Below are positions 12,470 to 25,069 of a stretch of 64,000 nucleotides of DNA, piece after piece. The DNA is from Macrostomum hystrix (taxonomy: Eukaryota; Animalia; Platyhelminthes). The DNA lies in the NCBI GenBank assembly GCA_950097015.1, contig CATNEN010000003.1, forward strand, positions 14,818,001 to 14,882,000. The letters are read 5' to 3'. The position numbers and the translations under genes are program-made. The notes beneath the pieces are model-generated. The model was not told where the DNA came from. It ran no database searches and worked only from the letters and a program-made list of their open reading frames with translations. Within the stretch, counting starts at the first letter, position 1, and each line of letters begins with the position of its first letter.

Positions 12470-13320
12470 TACTAACAGGGCGGCACTTGAAAGCGGAACC
12501 CCGGTAGAACTAACTGGGCAGCACTTCAAAGCGGAACCCCGGTAGAACTAACTGGGCGGCACTTCAAGGCGGAACCCCGGTAGAACTAACGGCGGCACTT
12601 CAAAGCGGAACCCCGGTAGAACTAACGGCGGCACTTCAAAGCGGAACCCCGGTAGAACTAACGGCGGCACTTCAAAGCGGAACCCCGGTAGAACTAACGG
12701 CGGCACTTGAAAGCGGAACCCCGGTAGAACTAACTGGGCGGCACTTCAAAGCGGAACCCCGGTAGAACTAACTGGGCGGCACTTCAAAGCGGAACCCCGG
12801 TAGAACTAACTGGGCGGCACTTCAAAGCGGAACCCCGGTAGAACTAACTGGGCGGCACTTCAAAGCGGAACCCCGGTAGAACTAACAGGGCGGCACTTCA
12901 AAGCGGAACCCCGGTAAAGCTAACAGGGCGGCACTTCAAAGCGGAACCCCGGTAGAACTAACTGGGCGGCACTTCAAAGCGGAACCCCGGTAGAACTAAC
13001 AGGGCGGCATTTCAAAGCGGAACCCCGGTAGAACTAACTGGGCGGCACTTCAAGGCGGAACCCCGGTAGAACTAACGGCGGCACTTCAAAGCGGAACCCC
13101 GGTAGAACTAACAGGGCGGCATTTCAAAGCGGAACCCCGGTAGAACTAACAGGGCGGCATTTCAAAGCGGAACCCCGGTAAAGATAACAGGGCGGCACTT
13201 CAAAGCGGAACCCCGGTAAAGCTAACAGGGCGGCACTTCAAAGCGGAACCCCGGTAGAACTAACTGGGCGGCACTTCAAGGCGGAACCCCGGTAGAACTA
13301 ATTATCTGTGCGGCACTTCT
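12470..13320. repeat. 38-bp minisatellite (GGGCGGCACTTCAAAGCGGAACCCCGGTAGAACTAACT) with 36-bp variants
   Basis: About 22 tandem units in the last myosin intron. Confidence 0.95.
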
Positions 13321-14172
13321 AAGTGCCCATAAAACAGAATATAAGGTGAGCCATGAGTCCAAGCTGCTAAGCAGAATAGCATGCTGTTATTAAAAAGCCA
13401 ACTCGAAGAGATGAATGCTATAGGGCTAGTAACTTATTTAACAAACATATTTCATTCCTCCATTAATAGATGCGATACAAATAAACCAATTAACTTTACG
13501 GGGGGGGGCTAAAAAGGCATAAAATGAAAGGATCACATTTAAACAACAAAACTGCAAGTCCTATTTCTTATTGTAGCAAATAGCAGAATTGTAGAAATGA
13601 TGGGGATTGGGAATAATCTGGAATATTGGGATTGGGGAATAATCTGGGATATAGGAATTGGGGAATAATATGGGATAAAGGGATTAGAGAATAACCTTGG
13701 ATACAGGGTTTGGGTCATTGGGGAACAATCTGACTATAAAGAGATCAAGAAAATGTGATATGGAATATTGACGAATAAGCGATTTAAAAAAAGCACAGGT
13801 AATAAATATAATTTATAACCAGTCGTCAAGAAACATGCAGTTTTAGTTGTTGCATGCTACCAGTGTTCAAACGTAATTTCATATTGAGGCTATAAAAGAA
13901 CACACACACAGGCACAAAACATACAAATAGGATACGCACTCTGTCAGTGTCTGTGCTGTGCTGGGCAGAAACCAACCATTGCAGATTGCAGTTGGTAGAT
14001 GACGAGCGAATAGATTTTATTTAATCTAGTTTTTTTATTTAGTTGATGACTTACTGTCCTAACCTATATAAGCCTATTGATTTATATTGTTGATATATAA
14101 TTTTATATGACAGCAGTGTTAAAGTAAAAATAGTCTTTTTTTGCAATATGTTATTATTTCGCTCGTCGAACA

Positions 14173-14197
14173 CTACTGCGAAGGTGAACTGTCCTTC
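14173..14197 (-). CDS. zip: Candidate alternative short myosin tailpiece exon (R-KDSSPSQ-stop)
   Basis: Strong acceptor ctctttcag| in phase 2, matching exon 16. Confidence 0.45.
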
Positions 14198-14434
14198 CTG
14201 AAAGAGATTTTAAATAAATAAAACACCAGATAATTGTTTTAACCGACAACGACAACAATAAGATAGAAAAACAATAAGAATAGGGAAAATTGTGAAATGA
14301 AATAATAAAGCACATAAAGTAGAATGTGTTTTTTAGCCACTGTTCATAGTCGATATATTACAATAAGGAAACTAGAGGAAGATAAGGAAACTGTAACAAA
14401 AAATGTATGATTTTTGTTTTTTTTATCGACTTAC

Positions 14435-14449
14435 AGTCCCAACACTCGC
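14435..14449 (-). CDS. zip: Candidate 15-nt myosin tail microexon
   Basis: gatacag|GCGAGTGTTGGGACT|gtaagt, frame-preserving, no stop. Confidence 0.45.
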
Positions 14450-15025
14450 CTGTATCGAAATTAATGAGCGAAAACATTTAGCCAATATAATAACAGGTTA
14501 AGAATCATTAGGTAATCAAACAGACTGTGTGATTGGGTTAATTCTGTTGTTCATTAAATTATTAAATCACCATTCGCTACGTTAATTATTGTGCTGGATT
14601 GACAATTACATTTACATTTAAGATTGCAGAAGAATGAGATAGTACGTAATCGTGATGTCTGTTTATTTAAAAAAGATGAAATAGTTTTTTAAATTACAAC
14701 TACCAGGTATTTCTCTGCAAGATCCACATTGGCGAAAAGTAATCCCCATGTTCTTGAGTAAATTTCCGGGTTTCCGTGAAATTTCCGGGTTTAAATACGA
14801 AAACTTCCGGAATCTCCGCATTTTTTGCACGATTAAAGGGAATCTTCAAGGTAGTTACGGAACTGTATTTTTACATTGAATCGGATTAGGCTAGGGTTTT
14901 TAGACTAGTTTTTACTGGCTATAAACTTGTTAATTTTTCGGAATTAAAAAATCATTTCAAAGCTAGCATTTTTGGAATCACGATCACGGGTAAAGGTGAC
15001 TCGATTTAATCTTTGAAAGTCTTAC

Positions 15026-15504
15026 CGTTGAACTTGCTTTCTTAGCGAGACCACCTCGCGATCCAAGGTCTCCTTGGCCTCAACCAAGTCGTCGTAGTCT
15101 CTCTGTAGTCGGCGGCGCTGGGCCTTGAGCTGGGTTAGTTCCTCTTCTAGATCTTGCTGATCGCGCTTCACCTTCTTCTTCTCGGCCTGCACTTTGTCCG
15201 CCTGCTGTCTGAGCTGCTCGGCGTTGCGTCTCTCATCCTCAACCTGGAGCATCAGCTCCTTGAGTCGGCGCTCTAACTTCTTAGCGGATCTGCCCTCCTT
15301 GACGCGCTCCTTGGATTCAACCTCCAGCTGTTCTTCTAGGCTGGCGATGCGACCCTCTAGGGCGGCTACCTGAGCACGGCCCTTGCGCGAGCTCTCCTGT
15401 TCCATGTCGGCCAGTTTGGCTAGGAGCTCTTTGTTCTGGCGATCCAGGCCGCTGCGCTGCGATTCGGCTTTCAGGGCAGCCGCGCGCTCGTTTTGTAGCT
15501 CGAC
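15026..15504 (-). CDS. zip: Myosin II heavy chain exon 16 (end of the coiled coil)
   Basis: LEEQLEVESKER...LMLQVEDERR. Canonical splice sites. Confidence 0.92.
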
Positions 15505-15587
15505 CTGAATTGAATTTTATATTGAATTGGCGCTGCGTCAGCTTGTCCAAAAATAAATATTCACTGGGTCGCTAGATATCACTAGAC

Positions 15588-16283
15588 TGTCACTCCTAAC
15601 TGGGATTCATAAGAATGTCACTCCTAACTGAGATCTAGAAAAGTCTGTCACTCCTAACTGAGATCTAGAAAAGTCTGTCACTCCTAACTGAGAAATGGAA
15701 AAGTCGGTCACTCCTAACTGAGATCTAGAAAAAACTGTCACTCCTAACTGAGATCTAGAAGAGTCGGTCATACCTAACTGAGTTCTGGGAGAGTCGGTCA
15801 CTCCTAACTGAGTTCTGGGAGAGTCGGTCACTCCTAACTGAGTTCTGGAAGAGTCGGTCACTCCTAACTGAGATCAGGAAGAGTCGGTCACTCCTAACTG
15901 AGTTCTGGAAGAGTCGGTCACTCCTAACTGAGTTCTGGGAGAGTCGGTCACTCCTAACTGAGATCTAGAAAAGTCTGTCACTCCTAACTGAGAAATGGAA
16001 AAGTCGGTCACTCCTAACTGAGATCTAGAAGAGTCGGTCACTCCTAACTGAGTTCTGGGAGAGTCGGTCACTCCTAACTGAGTTCTGGAAGAGTCGGTCA
16101 CTCCTAACTGAGTTCTGGAAGAGTCGGTCACTCCTAACTGAGTTCTGGGAGAGTCGGTCACTCCTAACTGAGTTCTGGAAGAGTCGGTCACTCCTAACTG
16201 AGATCAGGAAGAGTCGGTCACTCCTAACTGAGATCTAGAAGAGTCGGTCACTCCTAACTAAGATCAGGAAGAGTCGGTCACTC
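15588..16283. repeat. 30-bp minisatellite (CTCCTAACTGAGTTCTGGAAGAGTCGGTCA)
   Basis: About 23 units, abutting the exon 15 donor. Confidence 0.95.
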
Positions 16284-16285
16284 AC

Positions 16286-16945
16286 CTGAACAGTGTCCAG
16301 CTGAGCCTCCAGCCGTTTTAGCCGCTCCCTGACGTCGTCCTTCTCGGCGGTCTCCTCCTCCAAGTCTTCCTCCAGCTGGTGTACCCGGGTCTCCAATTTC
16401 TTGTTCTCCTCTAGGAGAGAACCCTTGCCAGTCTCGGCGCCTCGGGCAATCTCCAGTAATTCGTCGCGCTCTCCTAGAAGAGTCCGGCGCTGCCTCTCCG
16501 AAGCCGTCAGATCGTCCAGCAGCTGTTGTCGTTCGCTCTCCAACGAGCGCAGACGCTTCTCAGCTTCGCGATAATTGCTCAAAAGTTCGTCTTTGCTGCC
16601 CAGAGCTTCCTCCGCGTCGTGTTGCAGAGTCTGATAGGCCTGTTGGATTTTGCGCAGTTGTTTGAGAGCCTCCTCCTTCTGCTTGCCAAGATCGTCAATA
16701 GTAGCCAAGAGATTGGCGTACTCAGTCTCCAGCTTCTTCTTAGCTGACACAGCCAAGGCTCGAGTCTTTCTTTCGTCTTCTAGTTCAGATTCGAGATCCT
16801 TCAACTGTTTCACTAGCTGACGCCTGGCATCTTCGGCGGCCTCCTCGCGTTCGTGCAGCTCCTTGGCGTGCTGTTCGCGCATAGCCTGAGTGTTCACCTC
16901 CAGGCGCAGGCGGTTGTCCTCGGACACGGTCAGCTCGTCTTCAAC
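16286..16945 (-). CDS. zip: Myosin II heavy chain exon 15 (rod)
   Basis: EDELTVSEDNRLRLEVNTQAM is an NMHC-II rod motif. 660 nt, phase 0/0. Confidence 0.93.
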
Positions 16946-17016
16946 CTAGGAGACAGATACGGTGAATTGTCAAATTGAAGAGTAGATTAAATACATAGAC
17001 AGCACACAGCTGAGTC

Positions 17017-17340
17017 AATAATAATAACTGTACTAATAATTGTTTACACCTGCCATATTAGGGCCAGTGTGCAGCCGACAGCACAGCCGCAGCTATTGCG
17101 CGGCGCATCTGAAGGCTGCGTACAGCTGTTCAGTCCATGGACTGGGGGGACGCCATACCCACTCTCAATTATCCCAGCTAATGTTTGTGCCCATTGAACA
17201 GCTGGATGAAATGAAGCACTGCAGAGTTAAGTGTCTTGTTAAAGAACACAAATTGTTCCAGTGGCGCCGAGGAATCGAACCCCCGACCTTCAAGTCGTCA
17301 GTCCGAGGCCCTAACTGCCCTAACCTCGACTACAACCTCT
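17017..17340 (-). mobile_element. SINE family 1, near full length with CORE
   Basis: tRNA-like head with B box, CORE-like segment, shared body and TTA-rich tail. Confidence 0.9.
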
Positions 17341-17787
17341 TGAACGGCGGATAAGGCGCGAGTTCTTATCTTTTCAGAGTCTTTTTGATGCGCAAATTCG
17401 AACTACCGACCTTTTGGTCAGAAGTTGGTCACTTTCTCACCACTTGACTGAAGGCTTAAGTCAGCTTCGGCAGGTTATCGAACTTTTTTACACTGGGGCA
17501 TTTTAAATACCCACTGCCTACTTAACGACAGCTCCTAAATAACCAAATGACCGATATTCGTGAAAGTCTACATTTTGGGGATCAAAATTTTCCGTCTATA
17601 ATACGATCAACCGACTTTCAAAGCCGTCCGACGTCAGCATCATCGAAATATTCAGAGATTATCTATATCAGTTTTTGCCTAGAGACTCCCTGACGAGAAT
17701 TTTCCCATCTAGGGATTATACAATCTATGGGATAAGATCATCCTTGCAGTAGTCTATGGCAATTAGTTACTAAAGGCTAGCACAAAC

Positions 17788-18369
17788 CTCTTCCAAATGA
17801 GTCTGCATCTCAAGCAGTTTGGCCTCCATTTGAGCACGGCTGCGCTCCAAATCGTGAGCACTCTTGCCTGCGTCGTTCTGATTGGCAAGCAGCTCATCCA
17901 GCTCCTTGGATTTGAGATTGCGAGCCCGTTCGGAATCGGCCAGTCTACCGTTCAAGCTCTCCATGTCGCGCTGAAGTGCCAGGATTCGCGTTTCTTTGTC
18001 GCGAGCCTCCTGCGACAGGCGGTCCTTCTCTGCCTGGAGCTGCGCTAGGCGAGCCTGCAATTCGCTGGCACGCTCGTCGAATTTCTTCTGCTTCCTCTCC
18101 AAATCCAGGAGCTCCTTGCGTTGAGTCTCGCACACGTGCTGAATGTCGTCCATTTCGCCCAGCAGTTTGCGTCGACCCTTCTCCAGTTTATCGTTGACTG
18201 ACAGGGCCTCCTCTAGGCGCAGTTGAAGGTCTTCGCAGTCGCGTCGCAGCCGATTTCTCTGTTCGTCGAGTTCTGCCAGCTGTTCGGCATCTTCGCCAAC
18301 TTTGCGTTTGAGCTCCTGGCTGAGTTGTTGAATGGCGGCCAACTGCTTCTCAGTCTGCTGCCTCTGCTC
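17788..18369 (-). CDS. zip: Myosin II heavy chain exon 14 (rod)
   Basis: LERKQKKFD, EARDKETRIL. 582 nt. Confidence 0.93.
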
Positions 18370-18464
18370 CTGGGAAGAAGTGGGGATTTAGAGTGTGGGG
18401 ATAATTTGGTAGCATTCAGTGCATAGACATATTGCTAGCAACAACAGATTCTTAAAATTATTCC

Positions 18465-19340
18465 GAAAATTGGATGATGGAATTTTCCCAGATTCTAAAG
18501 ATTAGATAATGGAATCTTCCGAGAATACGAAGATTAGATAATGGAATCATCCCAGATTCCAAAGATTAGATAATTGAATTCTCCCAGATCATGAAGATAG
18601 GATAATGGAATCTTCCCAGATTCTGAAGATTGGATAATGGAATTCTCCCAGATTCTGAAGATTAGATGATGGAATCTTGCCAAATTCTGAAGATTGGATA
18701 ATGGAATCTTCCGAGAATACGAAGATTAAATAATGGAATCATCCGAGAATACGAAGATTAGATAATGGAATCATCCGAGAATACGAAGATTAGATAATGG
18801 AATCATCCGAGAATACGAAGATTAGATAATGGAATCATCCGAGAATACGAAGATTAGATAATGGAATCTTCCGAGAAAACGAAGATTAGATAATGGAATC
18901 TTCCGAGAATACGAAGATTAGATAATGGAGTCTTCCGAGAATACGAAGATTAGATAATGGAATCTTCCGAGAATACGAAGATTAGATAATGGAATCTTCT
19001 CAGATTCTAAAGATTTGATAATGGAATTCTCCCAGATTCTGAAGATTAGATGATGGAATCTTCCCAGATTCTGAAGATAGGATAATGGAATCTTCCCAGA
19101 TTCTGAAGATTGGATAATGGAATTCTCCCAGATTCTGAAGATTGGATAATGGAATTCTCCCAGATTCTGAAGATTGGATAATGGAATCTTCCCAGATTCT
19201 AAAGATTGGATAATGGAATCTTGCCAGATTCTGAAGATTGGATAATGGAATTCTCCCAGATTCTGAAGATTGGATAATGGAATCTTCCCAGATTCTGAAG
19301 ATTGGATAATGGAATCTTCCCAGATTCTGAAGATTCGATA
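18465..19340. repeat. 32-bp minisatellite (GATAATGGAATCTTCCCAGATTCTGAAGATTG) with two sub-variants
   Basis: About 27 tandem units. Confidence 0.95.
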
Positions 19341-19463
19341 AATGAATCTTTCTAAATGAAGACAATTGTAAAATAGTCACCTAAAGTATAAATATTATAA
19401 AGAACTGAATTTTTCGAATGGATTTGATCCACTAATTAAGTCAGCAAAATAAACAGCTCTTAC

Positions 19464-19904
19464 CTGTTCCTCTAACATTTGATCATTGAGGCGAGCTGCA
19501 GCTTCTTCAGCGGCCCGCAGACGAGCCTGAAGAGCCAGTTTGGCCCGGGTCTCCTCTTCCAGGGAGGCTTCCATTTCGCGACGCTGAATATCGCCAGTCG
19601 AGTTGCTCTTCTCGGCGCGTAGGGCGCGCGTCTCAGACTCCTCCAGCTGGGCCTGCAACGATTCGACTTCCTTGACGGCCCGACCGTATCGATCGGCGAT
19701 ATCGGCGCGCTGTTTTTCGGCCTCCTGGAAGCGCGTCTCGGCCTCCATAACTCGCTGTTCTAAAGCTTTGCGACGTTTCTCACTTTCAGCTTTAGCCTGA
19801 CTGAGATTCTTAACTTCGTTGCTTAGCTCTGCGACTTCGGATTCGAGCTGCTGACGTCCCTTCTCTATCTGCTGCTTAGCGCGGCGGAGTGACTCGAGTT
19901 GCTC
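19464..19904 (-). CDS. zip: Myosin II heavy chain exon 13 (rod)
   Basis: LEEETRAKLAL. 441 nt. Confidence 0.93.
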
Positions 19905-19934
19905 CTGAAAAATTGGCAATTGCGATTGTTACGA

Positions 19935-20700
19935 TTCTAAAATTCTGTCACTCTCAGTCCTAAGATTCTGTCACTCTCAGTCCTAAGATTGTGTCACTCT
20001 CAGTCCTAAGATTCTGTCACTCTCAGTCCTAAGATTCTGTCACTCTCAGTCCTAAGATTCTGTCACTCTCATTCGTAAGATTCTGTCACTCTCAGTCCTA
20101 AGATTCTGTCAATCTCAGTCCTAAGATTCTGTCACTCTCATTCGTAAGATTCTGTCACTCACAGTCCTAAGATTCTGTCACTCTCAGTCCGAAGATTCTG
20201 TCACTCTCAGTCCGAAGATTCTGTCACTCTCAGTCCTAAGATTCTGTCACTCTCAGTCCTAAGATTCTGTCCCTCTCATTCGTAAGATTCTGTCCCTCTC
20301 ATTCGTAAGATTCTGTCACTCTCATTCGTAAGATTCTGTCACTCTCAGTCCTAAGATTCTGTCACTCTCAGTCCTAAGATTCTGTCACTCTCAGTCCTAA
20401 GATTCTGTCAATCTCAGTCCTAAGATTCTGTCACTCTCATTCGTAAGATTCTGTCACTCTCAGTCCTAAGATTCTGTCACTCTCAGTCCGAAGATTCTGT
20501 CACTCTCAGTCCGAAGATTCTGTCACTCTCAGTCCTAAGATTCTGTCACTCTCAGTCCTAAGATTCTGTCCCTCTCATTCGTAAGATTCTGTCACTCTCA
20601 GAACTAAGATTCTGTCCCTCCTCCCAAACTATCAGACATAAGATTCTGTCACTTCCAACTATCAGACCCAAGATTCTGTCACTTCCAACTATCAGTCCTA
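19935..20700. repeat. 23-bp minisatellite (TAAGATTCTGTCACTCTCAGTCC)
   Basis: About 32 units. Confidence 0.95.
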
Positions 20701-20741
20701 ATATTTTGGCACTAGCAGAATAGGAAGACCCGCAAACTCAC

Positions 20742-21080
20742 CTGCAGTTCCTCAACATTCTTGGCATTTCTCTGCTTTAACTCGTTAACCTGAGCCTCGC
20801 TTGTCTTCTGCAGCTCCTCCAACGAGGACTTCAATGACACAAGCTCCTCGTTGCGTCGCCGATTTAAATCCTGCTGCACATTGTTTGAGTCCTGCTGATC
20901 CTCAAATTCCTGTTTCAAAGCTTCAAGCTCTTCGCTTAGGTCGCGCTTCTGTTTCTCGGCGCGATCGCGGGCCGCCTTCTCGGCGTCGAGATCTTCGGCC
21001 AGCTCGTGGATGCGCGCCTCGAGATCGCGGGCCATCTTCTGAGCTGTGCTACGCGCCGCGACTTCTTCGTCGATTTTAGT
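20742..21080 (-). CDS. zip: Myosin II heavy chain exon 12 (rod)
   Basis: AEKQKRDLSEELEALKQE. 339 nt. Confidence 0.93.
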
Positions 21081-21104
21081 CTGAATAAAAAAATATAAAT
21101 ATGT

Positions 21105-21510
21105 CATTAATAATATTTGAATACACCTGCGTCAATTGCGCGACGCATGTGAAAGCTGCGTACGGATGTTCAGTCCATGGACTGTGGGGACGCCACACCC
21201 ACCTTCAATTATTACAACTAATGCTAGTGACAACTATTTTCAGTGGAGTCGTGAATCGAACCACCGACCTTCAAGTCAATTCAAGTCAATAGTTGAATTG
21301 GATTCCTAAACTTATCCAGAGGTCTCTAGAGGGAAATACTTTATGTTCTTATAAAAGAAAGAAACGACCTAGCAGTGCCAGATGCACAGTCCGTGGACTG
21401 GGGACGCCGCCCCACCCGCCCAACCACTCTTTATGGAGTTTTCTGTGTCTTCTGTGTCTTAAGTACACAAATAGTTTCCCTTTAAGCTAAGATTCGAACT
21501 CCCGACCTCT
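21105..21510 (-). mobile_element. Two degenerate SINE family 1 fragments
   Basis: CAGTCC(A/G)TGGACTG body and tRNA B-box remnants at ~21255 and ~21495. Confidence 0.75.
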
Positions 21511-21547
21511 CGTTAAAAACTTTAAAGTTTCAATCATATGTCCTTAA

Positions 21548-22144
21548 CAGTAGAACTACCAAGGGAGGCGGAATTCCCGCCTGAAAATTTTTTGTGCAGC
21601 ACCCGAACGGAGCAACGCAAGCACACGAAACTCAAGAACAAGGACCAACTTTCTGTTGCGCATCTTCTGAAACAAAAATCAAGTCGCCAGCTCTCCAGAC
21701 CGTCGAGATATTCAATGGTTCTGGCCGAAGGTCTGATTTCGTCCCATAAGCGCTAGTGTACGAGAGCTAGCTCGTATTTCAAACACACCTATACACGTAT
21801 TGACACTGCGCCTCAGTGCGGCCTTGCCAGGCCTTTAAAATTTATCAACATGTCACGCGAATGTGCCTGCATCATCTCCGTCTTTGGTGGTCACCTACCT
21901 TTATCTAGACGGACTGCTGGACCTTCAAGGGCTACAACAGGTGGAACTAGGCCATTATGGACACCCTGACACGAATTTCTCCAACTTCACTGAACAAGGC
22001 CTAAATATTAGGCGCAGCTCAACCACAGGACACCATCGTCTAGTCTGTCAACCAACGAGTCACCACCCAACGCTGTTGACATTCAGGCACAGACTACCAA
22101 AAGTGTTATAAAACGGGCGGCAAAATGGCTTGGTAGTCCTACTG
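21548..22144. mobile_element. piggyBac-like non-autonomous element
   Basis: TTAA|CAGTAGAACTACCAAG ... CTTGGTAGTCCTACTG|TAAG, a 15/16 TIR match. The internal ~320 bp recurs at 39551-39870. Confidence 0.7.
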
Positions 22145-22166
22145 TAAGGCAAGACAGGCAGCTTAC

Positions 22167-22889
22167 CTGAAATTTCTGATGCTCCTCTTCGAGTCGTTTA
22201 GTTTGAGCTTCGAAATCGCGAATCCTCTGCGTGGCCTCCTGCAATTCGTCCTGACGCTCGATTAGTTCAGACTCCAGTCGACGCTTGGCTCGCTCTAAAT
22301 CCTGCCTGGTGTCCTTCTCAGACTGTAGGCGCTCCTCTAGCTCCTTGATGATGCTCTCGTGTTTGGCTTTGAGCTTGCTAAGGCCTCGACAACGCTCTTC
22401 TTCTTCGGTTAGCACGGAGCTTAACTCTGTCAGGCGCTCCTCGAGTGCTTTGCGCTCAGCCAAAAGTTTCTGACCCTGATCGCTACTATTAGCCAAGGTG
22501 GATTCCAGATCTCGCAGTCGACTCTCTAGGCCAACCTTTTCTAATTGAACCTTCTGTTTCTGCTCCTCGGAGGTCTCCAATTGTTCTTCAAGATCTTGAA
22601 TCACTTGCTGCTGTTCGCGTTTCTCCTCGGCGAATTTGTTAGCCTTGACGTATTCGTCTTCTATTTGCAGGCGGAGTTCTTCTACCAATGCGGATAATTC
22701 GCCAGTCCGGTGAGTCAGCTTCTCTCTGGCGTCTTCCGCTTCGGCTAGTTGGTCTCGCTCTTGTTGAAGAGCCTCCTTGATCTGGTGCTGCTCTTCCGAC
22801 AGTTGCGTATAGGAGGTCTTGTATTCAATCAGTTCTGCTTGAGCCTTCTCGTATGTGTCCTTCAGCTGCTTGATTTCCGAGTCCTTGGC
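22167..22889 (-). CDS. zip: Myosin II heavy chain exon 11 (S2/rod)
   Basis: IQDLEEQLE, LSKLKAKHE. 723 nt. Confidence 0.93.
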
Positions 22890-22969
22890 CTTAAAAGGAA
22901 AAGAAGAAAGCAATATAGGATCCGATTCAAGCCTTTTAAACATATAAATAAAACATTCTGATTGCACTC

Positions 22970-23625
22970 GCCTCTGACTGTCTAAGGGGCGTCTGTCACT
23001 GACTGTTTAGGGGCTGTCTGTCTCTGACTGTCTAAGGGATGTCTGTATGACCGCCTAAGGGGAGTCTGTATGACTATCTAAGAGGAGTCTGTATGGCTGT
23101 CTAAGAGGAGTCTGTATGGCTGTCTAAGAGGAGTCTGTATGGCTGTCTAAGAGGAGTCTGTATGGCTGTCTAAGAGGAGTCTGTATGGCTGTCTAAGAGG
23201 AGTCTGTATGGCTGTCTAAGAGGAGTCTGTATGGCTGTCTAAGAGGAGTCTGTATGGCTGTCTAAGAGGAATCTGTATGACTGTCTAAGAGGAGTCTGTA
23301 TGACTGTAAGAGGAGTCTGTATGACTGTCTAAGAGGAGTCTGTATGGCTGTCTAAGAGGTGTCTGTCTCTCAAAGTCAGTCCATGGGGTGTCTGGCTCTC
23401 ATAGTCAGTCCATGGGGTGTCTGTCTTTCATAGTCAGTCCATGGGGTGTCTGTCTTTCACAGTCAGTCCATGGGGTGTCTGTCTTTCATAGTCAGTCCAT
23501 GGGGTGTCTGTCTTTCATAGTCAGTCCATGGGGTGTCTGTCTTTCATAGTCAGTCCATGGGGTGTCTGTCTTTCATAGTCAGTCCATGGGGTGTCTGTCT
23601 TTCATAGTCAGTCCATGGGGGTGGC
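22970..23625. repeat. Two adjacent minisatellites: 23-bp GTCTAAGAGGAGTCTGTATGGCT, then 29-bp CATAGTCAGTCCATGGGGTGTCTGTCTTT
   Basis: Tandem units, with the switch at ~23370. Confidence 0.93.
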
Positions 23626-23768
23626 TGTTTCTGGCCTTTTTAAGGGCTGTCCGCATGAATGTCTAATGGGTGTCCGTATGACTGTCTAAAAGGGGTCTGC
23701 TTGATGTCTGTCTATGTTTTATTAACAAGTCTAAGTGGCGTAAAATCAGGTCTCGAGTTTCGACTCAC

Positions 23769-24392
23769 TTGAACAATCTCGTCCTGCCGGGTGACCTGCA
23801 GCAGTGGCCGCACTTTGGTGTACAATCGCCACCAGGTCCAATTTCTCAGCTTCAAATAGGAGGCACAATTGCGTTGAATAATTCGAATAGCATTGGACTG
23901 TTGAATGCGCTTCTGGTAATTCTTGCGCGCCAAGAAGCCGCGCACGTGCGCCTGGAAGCCTACAATGTACTCGGCTAGGCGCTTGTCGCGTTCCTCTTCT
24001 AGGTAGGCAATAACGCCGGCGCGGAAGAATACTTTGCTTCTACCAATCCGATAGAGATTATCGTCCAATTCTAGATTGTTAATCATCAGTTCAACAGCTT
24101 GGCGGCCGTCCATGAAAGTCTTGGACAGCACGTTCGGGCATAGAATCTCGTAGCGCTGTTTGAACTCTTGGAATAGGATGCGATTAGGAAAGCCTTGGCG
24201 ACAGATTCGAATGCCCTCAAGGACACCATTGCACCTCAGCTGGTCCAACACTAGGAGATTGTCTAGCTTGCCAGCTCGCTTCTCGTGATTAGGAATGATG
24301 CAGCGAACAAAATTTGGCGTAGTGTTGTGCAGCACGGACATCAGGCGAGTCAGCTGTTCCTTGTACAACTGGCTGACTGTGCGAAACATGCC
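23769..24392 (-). CDS. zip: Myosin II heavy chain exon 10 (SH1/SH2 helix, converter, IQ motifs)
   Basis: [47 protein letters not shown]. Confidence 0.97.
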
Positions 24393-24419
24393 CTGCAAAG
24401 ATGGGTTACGAGTGATGTT

Positions 24420-24930
24420 TGTCCTTGGGGTGTCTTTTCTTGCCTGTCTGTCCTTAGCGTGTCCTTTCTTGCCTGTCTGTCCTTAGCGTGTCCTTTCTTG
24501 CCTGTCACGCTAAGACAGGCATTCTGTCTGTTCAGAATGCCTGAAGACAGTCTTTAGCGTGTCTTTTCTTGCCTGTCTGTCCTTAGCGTGTCTTTTCTTG
24601 CCTGTCTGTCCATAGCGTGTCTTTTCTTGCCTGTCTGTCCATAGCGTGTCTTTTCTTGCCTGTCTGTCCTTAGTGTGTCCTTTCTTGCCTGTCTGTCCTT
24701 AGCGTGTCCTTTCTTGCCTGTCTGTCCTTAGTGTGTCCTTTCTTGACTGTCTGTCCTTAGTGTGTCCATTCTTGCCTGTCTGTCCTTAGCGTGTCTTTTC
24801 TTGCCTGTCTGTCCATAGCGTGTCTTTTCTTGCCTGTCTGTCCTTAGCGTGTCGTTTCTTGCCTGTCTGTCCATAGCGTGTCTTTTCTTGCCTGTCTAGC
24901 GTGTCTTTTCTTGCCTGTCTGTCCTTAGCG
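24420..24930. repeat. 29-bp minisatellite (TAGCGTGTCTTTTCTTGCCTGTCTGTCCT)
   Basis: Tandem units. Confidence 0.93.
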
Positions 24931-25069
24931 TGTCTTTTTGTTCTTGGTGTAATATCTTGCCTGTCTGTACTTAATGTACTCGCCTTTCTGTACAACGAGT
25001 TGAGACCTATCAGACTACTGATTCCGTCTACTAAGTAGTAAGATGAAATCTGAATAAATATAATTTTAC

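Noticed and set aside
24984-25010. Loop-2 (B2-like) myosin microexon
   Set aside because: The only candidate is 23 nt with a GC donor and would shift the frame.
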